Assembly: GCA_028707065.1 (NCBI GenBank)
Contig: JAQTUZ010000008.1
Location: 1 to 62,759, forward strand
Direction of reading: 5' to 3'
DNA length: 62,759 nt
Origin: Patescibacteria group bacterium
Lineage (GTDB): Bacteria > Patescibacteriota > Patescibacteriia > Patescibacteriales > WJLG01
The notes below the pieces were generated by a model. The model was not told the origin of the DNA. It ran no database searches and saw nothing but the letters and a program-made list of their open reading frames with translations. Below are positions 58,677 through 62,759 of the stretch, in pieces. Positions within the stretch are counted from its first letter, which is position 1; every line of letters begins with the position of its first letter. A program made the translations under genes and the position numbers.

Positions 58677-58778
58677 AATTGTTCCATTGCTAAATTGTTA
58701 CATTGTTACGCGACGAATTAAACCGCACCAGATTATAAAAATCATTGCGCAACAATGTGACAATATGACAATTTAACC

Positions 58779-60428
58779 ATGATTAAAAGATTATTCAACA
58801 AAGAAATCAACAGTATTACCGTGGCGGCGATTTTGGTCGCCTTGTCTTCGCTTGTTAGCCGCTTGCTGGGGGTTTATCGCGATCGCATTTTAGCCGGACA
58901 GTTCGGCGCCGGCGCGACGCTTGATGCTTATTACGCCGCTTTTCGCGTGCCGGATCTGATGTTCAATCTTCTGGTGCTCGGCGCTTTGTCCGCCGGCTTG
59001 ATCCCGGTTTTTACTTCGCTGATCAAAGATTTCAAAGGCACGGTGCTGAATCTTTTCGGCTTGGAGAATAGCGAAGCCTGGCGACTAATCAATAATGTTT
59101 TGAATTTAATGCTGATCAGCTTGGCGCTGCTTTCAGTTTTGGGAATTATTTTTGCCGGACCGCTGATCAGAACGATCGTCGCGCCGGGATTTTCTCCGGA
59201 ATTGCAGGATAAGACCATCGCCTTAAGCCGGATAATGTTTTTGTCGCCGATACTTTTGGCTATCTCCAGTATTTTTAGCGGCGTATTGCAATCTTTCAAA
59301 AGATTTTTTGTTTATTCGCTCGCGCCGATTATGTACAATATCGGCATTATCATCGGCGCTTTATTTTTCGTGCCGCTTTGGGGAATTTACGGCTTAGCCT
59401 GGGGCGTGGTGGCCGGCGCTCTTTTGCATATGCTGATCCAAATGCCGACAGTCTTCGCTTTGGGTTACAAGTATGTTCCGTTTTTAGACTTGCGCGACGG
59501 CAATCTGCGGAAGATTTTAACGATGATGGTGCCGCGCACTTTGAGTCTGGCGGTTTCGCAATTGAATTTAGTGGTGATCACGGCGATTGCCTCCACCTTA
59601 GCCATTGGTTCATTAACGGTTTTTAATCTGGCCAATAATCTGCAATTTTTCCCCATTGGCATTTTCGGCGTTTCTTTCGCCATTGCCGCTTTCCCGGCTT
59701 TGTCCGCCGCCGCGCTTGATAATAAAAAAGTGGTGAGCAATTTTTCTTCCGCCTTAAGGCAAATCTTATTTTTTATCGTTCCGTCCACGGTTTTGCTTTT
59801 AGTCCTCCGCGCCCAGATCGTCCGCGTCATTTTGGGGTCGGGCCAATTCAGCTGGGACAATACGGTTTTGACTTTTAATACTTTGGGATTTTTTTCCATC
59901 AGTCTATTCGCCCAGGCTACCATTCCGTTATTGATCAGGGTTTTTTACGCCCGCGAAGATTCCCGCACCCCTTTCATTATCGGTTTGATCGCGGTGGTCG
60001 CCAATTTATTCTTATCTTTTTATTTTTCCGCCCAGCTCGGCGTCGGCGGTTTGGCTTTGGCTTTCTCGATTGCCAGCATTTTTAATTTTGCTCTGCTCTG
60101 GCTCTTGCTTCACTTTTCTTTGGGCGATATGGATGAAACCCGGATCTTCATCTCCGTTTTGAAATTTTCTTTAGCAGCAACAGCTTGCGGCTTTGTCGCC
60201 CAGGAAATGAAAGGGATCATCTGGCCGTTCATCGATATGACCAAGTTCTGGGGAGTTTTGGCCCAAGGGTTGGTTGCCGGTCTTTGCGGTCTGATCGCTT
60301 ATGCCCTGGTTTGCTGGCTGTTGCGAAGCGAAGAAATGGCCAGCTTTATTTCTTCCGCCAAAAGCCGCCTCTTAAGAATAATGGCGAAAAACCGCCCGAC
60401 TTCAATTGAGACAATCGAGGAGCCGTGA
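58779..60428 (+). CDS. murJ: lipid II flippase MurJ/MviN
   Basis: VSRLLGVYRDRILAGQFGAGATLDAYYAAFRVPDLMFNLLVLGALSAGLIPVF; 14 predicted TM. Confidence 0.9.
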   Translation: MIKRLFNKEINSITVAAILVALSSLVSRLLGVYRDRILAGQFGAGATLDAYYAAFRVPDLMFNLLVLGALSAGLIPVFTSLIKDFKGTVLNLFGLENSEAWRLINNVLNLMLISLALLSVLGIIFAGPLIRTIVAPGFSPELQDKTIALSRIMFLSPILLAISSIFSGVLQSFKRFFVYSLAPIMYNIGIIIGALFFVPLWGIYGLAWGVVAGALLHMLIQMPTVFALGYKYVPFLDLRDGNLRKILTMMVPRTLSLAVSQLNLVVITAIASTLAIGSLTVFNLANNLQFFPIGIFGVSFAIAAFPALSAAALDNKKVVSNFSSALRQILFFIVPSTVLLLVLRAQIVRVILGSGQFSWDNTVLTFNTLGFFSISLFAQATIPLLIRVFYAREDSRTPFIIGLIAVVANLFLSFYFSAQLGVGGLALAFSIASIFNFALLWLLLHFSLGDMDETRIFISVLKFSLAATACGFVAQEMKGIIWPFIDMTKFWGVLAQGLVAGLCGLIAYALVCWLLRSEEMASFISSAKSRLLRIMAKNRPTSIETIEEP

Positions 60429-60430
60429 GG

Positions 60431-60459
60431 TTGACAAAAGTTGGATATAGTGGTAATGT
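60431..60459 (+). promoter_or_regulatory. extended -10 promoter for ORF 60514
   Basis: TTGACA-17 nt (ending TGG)-TAATGT. Confidence 0.65.
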
Positions 60460-60513
60460 TAATTGTTAGGCTGAACATTAAATCTAAAAACATTTTTCAG
60501 GAGGAGGTTCGTC

Positions 60514-60873
60514 GTGTATTTAATAAGTAAAATTGAGCTCGCCAGAAAGTTGAGGACAATGCCACCAATGAGCGAAGATCAAGGGCTGATTAATGCATTT
60601 ATTGGTTATTTTGCAACCCAGCTTGAAGAGCATTGCAACAAGATTCCTTTAATTTCCTATGCTTCCTTTGTTTCCGAGCTTGAATCGACTATCAAGGCAT
60701 TGCTCAAGAAAGACATCGCCAGCTTTGCTGATAATGAGAATTTGCAGTTGGTCGTTGCCGGCCTAAAAGCGTTCACCGAAATCGAACGGCAGATCAAGGA
60801 TTTTTTTAAACTAGAGCAAGTTCTTAGGTGGTTGGTAGGACATGCCAACTACGTCGAATTCATCTCGGAATAA
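60514..60873 (+). CDS. hypothetical protein (119 aa)
   Basis: GTG start after AGGAGGAGG; promoter 60431-60459; terminator 60901-60929. Confidence 0.5.
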   Translation: MYLISKIELARKLRTMPPMSEDQGLINAFIGYFATQLEEHCNKIPLISYASFVSELESTIKALLKKDIASFADNENLQLVVAGLKAFTEIERQIKDFFKLEQVLRWLVGHANYVEFISE

Positions 60874-60900
60874 TAAGCAAATTATAAATTTTTTATCCAG

Positions 60901-60929
60901 CTGGCATCTTGCGACGGTGCCAGTTTTTT
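60901..60929 (+). terminator. terminator after ORF 60514-60873
   Basis: ctggca-tcttgcgacgg-tgccag followed by tttttt. Confidence 0.7.
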
Positions 60930-60942
60930 ATTGATTAAATAT

Positions 60943-61027
60943 CTCGTAACCCATAGCTCATAACCCGTAACACTTTGACATTTATTTGACTGAAAAAGAG
61001 TTATGAGTTACGAGTTGCGGGTTATGA
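60943..61027. repeat. R4 full hairpin upstream of lepA
   Basis: ctcgtaacccatagctcataacccgtaacac ... gagttatgagttacgagttgcgggttatga. Confidence 0.85.
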
Positions 61028-61104
61028 AATGGCGGTTGACCGATTAGCAAAAAAACCTTAATATTAAAGTCTGGAAGGCAAGAAGCCTTCTTTATTTATC
61101 AATC

Positions 61105-62759
61105 ATGAAGAACATCAGAAATTTTTGCATCATCGCCCATATCGACCACGGCAAATCCACTTTTTCCGACCGGCTGCTGGAATTGACCGGCACGATCGAA
61201 AAGCGGAAAATGCGCGAGCAGTTCCTCGATAAATTGGATCTGGAGCGCGAGCGCGGCATCACCATCAAATTAAAACCCGTCACCATGCATTGGGAGGGGT
61301 ATATTTTGAATTTGATCGATACGCCCGGGCACGTGGATTTTTCTTATGAAGTTTCCCGCTCGCTCGCGGCCGTGGAAGGCGCGATTTTACTGATTGACGC
61401 CACCCAGGGAATTCAGGCGCAGACTTTAGCTAATTTATATTTGGCAATCAATGAAAATTTGACTGTCGTGCCGGTGATCAATAAAATCGATCTGCCGGCC
61501 GCTGATGTGCCGAAAGTTAAAAAGGAAATAATTCATCTGATCGGCTGCAAAGAAGAAGAAATTTTATTGGCTTCGGGCAAAACCGGCGAAGGCGTGGAAC
61601 AAGTCTTGCGCGAAGTGATCGCCAAGGTTCCGGCCCCGGATAAATTTGTTAGATGTTCTGATTTGCCGCGTGGAATATCCGGCGCTAACCCACCCCGTCA
61701 GGCCGACGCGGCCTGCCACCCCTCCCGAGAGGGGAATCCCACCCGGGCGCTGATCTTTGATTCCAATTATGACGAATACAAAGGCGTGGTGGCCCATGTC
61801 CGCGTGATGGATGGCGCTTTTAAAAAAGGCGATAAGATAAAATTGTATAACACCAAAACCGTCAGTGAAGCTTTGGATGTGGGAATTTTTAATCCCGAAT
61901 ATCAGCCGACCGGAGAATTAAGCACGGGCGAAGTCGGCTATATCGTGACCAGCTATAAGAACGTTACTGAATGCGCGGTCGGCGATACGGTTACGACCGT
62001 GGCTGATTTTGATAAGATCGAACCGTTGAAAGGTTATGCCGAGGTCAAACCCATGGTCTTTGCCGGAGTTTTTCCCCGCGAAGGCGATGATTTTCAGGAA
62101 TTGCGCGAAGCCATGGATCGCTTAAAATTGAACGACGCCTCGCTCTCTTATGAACCGGAACATTCCGAAGCTTTGGGTTTTGGTTTCCGCTGCGGCTTTT
62201 TGGGGCTTTTGCATCTGGAAATTTTTCAAGAAAGATTGAGCCGCGAATTCAATTTGAATCTGATCGTTACGGTGCCAAGCGTGGCCTATAAAGTTTTCAA
62301 AAGAAACGGCGAAGAAGTAATTATTCGTACGCCGCAAAAACTTCCTGGCCCAACCGAGATCGACCACGTTGAAGAACCTTGGGTAGCGCTCGACGTCATC
62401 GTGCCCAAAGATTATATCGGCAAAGTAATGGAACTGGCCGTGGATAAAAAGGGAATTTACAAAAATACCGAGTATCTTGACGAGTCGAGAGTAATTTTGC
62501 ATTATGATCTGCCCATGGCTTCGATCTTGACTGATTTTTATGATAAGATAAAAAGCGCGAGTTCCGGATTTGCTTCGATCAATTATGAATTTTTGGATTA
62601 TCGTCCGGCTAAAGTGGTCCGGCTGGATATTTTGGTGGGCGAAGAGCCGATCGAAGCATTATCGACGATCGTTTATGAAGATGAGGCTTTCCGGCAAGGA
62701 CGGGCCGTGGTGGAAATTTTGAAAGATACCTTGCCCCGGCAGATGTTTGTGGTTAAATT
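61105..62759 (+). CDS. lepA: translation elongation factor 4 (LepA), 3'-truncated by the window end
   Basis: Not in the ORF track because it is open-ended. IRNFCIIAHIDHGKST, DTPGHVDF, NKIDL, then ALIFDSNYDEYKGVVAHVRVMDG...; carries an in-frame PE-A copy at the G-domain/domain II junction. Confidence 0.95.
   Translation, partial: MKNIRNFCIIAHIDHGKSTFSDRLLELTGTIEKRKMREQFLDKLDLERERGITIKLKPVTMHWEGYILNLIDTPGHVDFSYEVSRSLAAVEGAILLIDATQGIQAQTLANLYLAINENLTVVPVINKIDLPAADVPKVKKEIIHLIGCKEEEILLASGKTGEGVEQVLREVIAKVPAPDKFVRCSDLPRGISGANPPRQADAACHPSREGNPTRALIFDSNYDEYKGVVAHVRVMDGAFKKGDKIKLYNTKTVSEALDVGIFNPEYQPTGELSTGEVGYIVTSYKNVTECAVGDTVTTVADFDKIEPLKGYAEVKPMVFAGVFPREGDDFQELREAMDRLKLNDASLSYEPEHSEALGFGFRCGFLGLLHLEIFQERLSREFNLNLIVTVPSVAYKVFKRNGEEVIIRTPQKLPGPTEIDHVEEPWVALDVIVPKDYIGKVMELAVDKKGIYKNTEYLDESRVILHYDLPMASILTDFYDKIKSASSGFASINYEFLDYRPAKVVRLDILVGEEPIEALSTIVYEDEAFRQGRAVVEILKDTLPRQMFVVK
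61686..61737 (+). repeat. PE-A element inside lepA (in-frame, sense)
   Basis: taacccaccccgtcaggccgacgcggcctgccacccctcccgagaggggaat; translated ANPPRQADAACHPSREGN just before ALIFDS. Confidence 0.9.

Noticed and set aside
1-62759. Search for reverse transcriptase (DGR or retron), transposase or integrase, Cas proteins, toxin-antitoxin pairs, and restriction-modification genes
   Set aside because: None of the ORFs shows the corresponding motifs (YxDD RT, DDE or HUH, Cas signatures, methyltransferase motifs). The repeat families therefore have no obvious classical mobilising enzyme in this window. The DUF559 nuclease is the only candidate.

Overview
62.8-kb window, mostly plus-strand, with about 61 protein genes. 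I found no rRNA, tRNA, CRISPR array, reverse transcriptase or transposase by eye.

Gene content in order:
- MacAB-like ABC efflux pump (adaptor, ATPase, permease), rlmH, ogt.
- A minus-strand copper operon: csoR, an HMA/DsbD_2-like/cupredoxin fusion, and copA, with a recognisable promoter and CsoR box.
- An AT-rich orphan gene, then a block of small hypothetical genes.
- An FGGY-like kinase, a YgjP-like metallopeptidase, and a UvrD-type helicase carrying an internal DEDDh exonuclease.
- alaS followed by infA-rpmJ-rpsM-rpsK-rpsD-rpoA-rplQ-rplM-rpsI.
- murI, prfB, comEC.
- A cluster of GT-C-like membrane glycosyltransferases.
- A cupin and a DUF559 nuclease.
- acs together with an ADP-forming acetyl-CoA synthetase fused to a GNAT domain.
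- murJ and a partial lepA.

The standard genetic code applies: RF2 is present and TGA is used as a stop. Trimmed housekeeping proteins (RpoA without an alpha-CTD, short AlaRS, ComEC without an MBL domain) and the repeat content suggest a small-genome, CPR/Patescibacteria-like bacterium. That taxonomic call is inference only.

The dominant signal is dense colonisation by at least ten families of short palindromic repeats.
- The main family, which I call PE-A, has 18 copies. Seven of them sit in-frame inside coding genes, including lepA, copA, comEC and the ACD-GNAT gene, all in the same coding orientation.
- The PE-A central hairpin covaries around a conserved AGG loop.
- The only gene fully boxed in by inverted PE-A arrays is the DUF559 nuclease. 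I propose this as a candidate REP/RAYT-like, non-HUH repeat-plus-nuclease system.
- Next to it lies a recombination scar: a cupin cassette flanked by duplicated, diverged gene 3' ends.

Other repeat families also insert in-frame. Long 'word-built' hairpins separate nearly every gene of the ribosomal protein operon.
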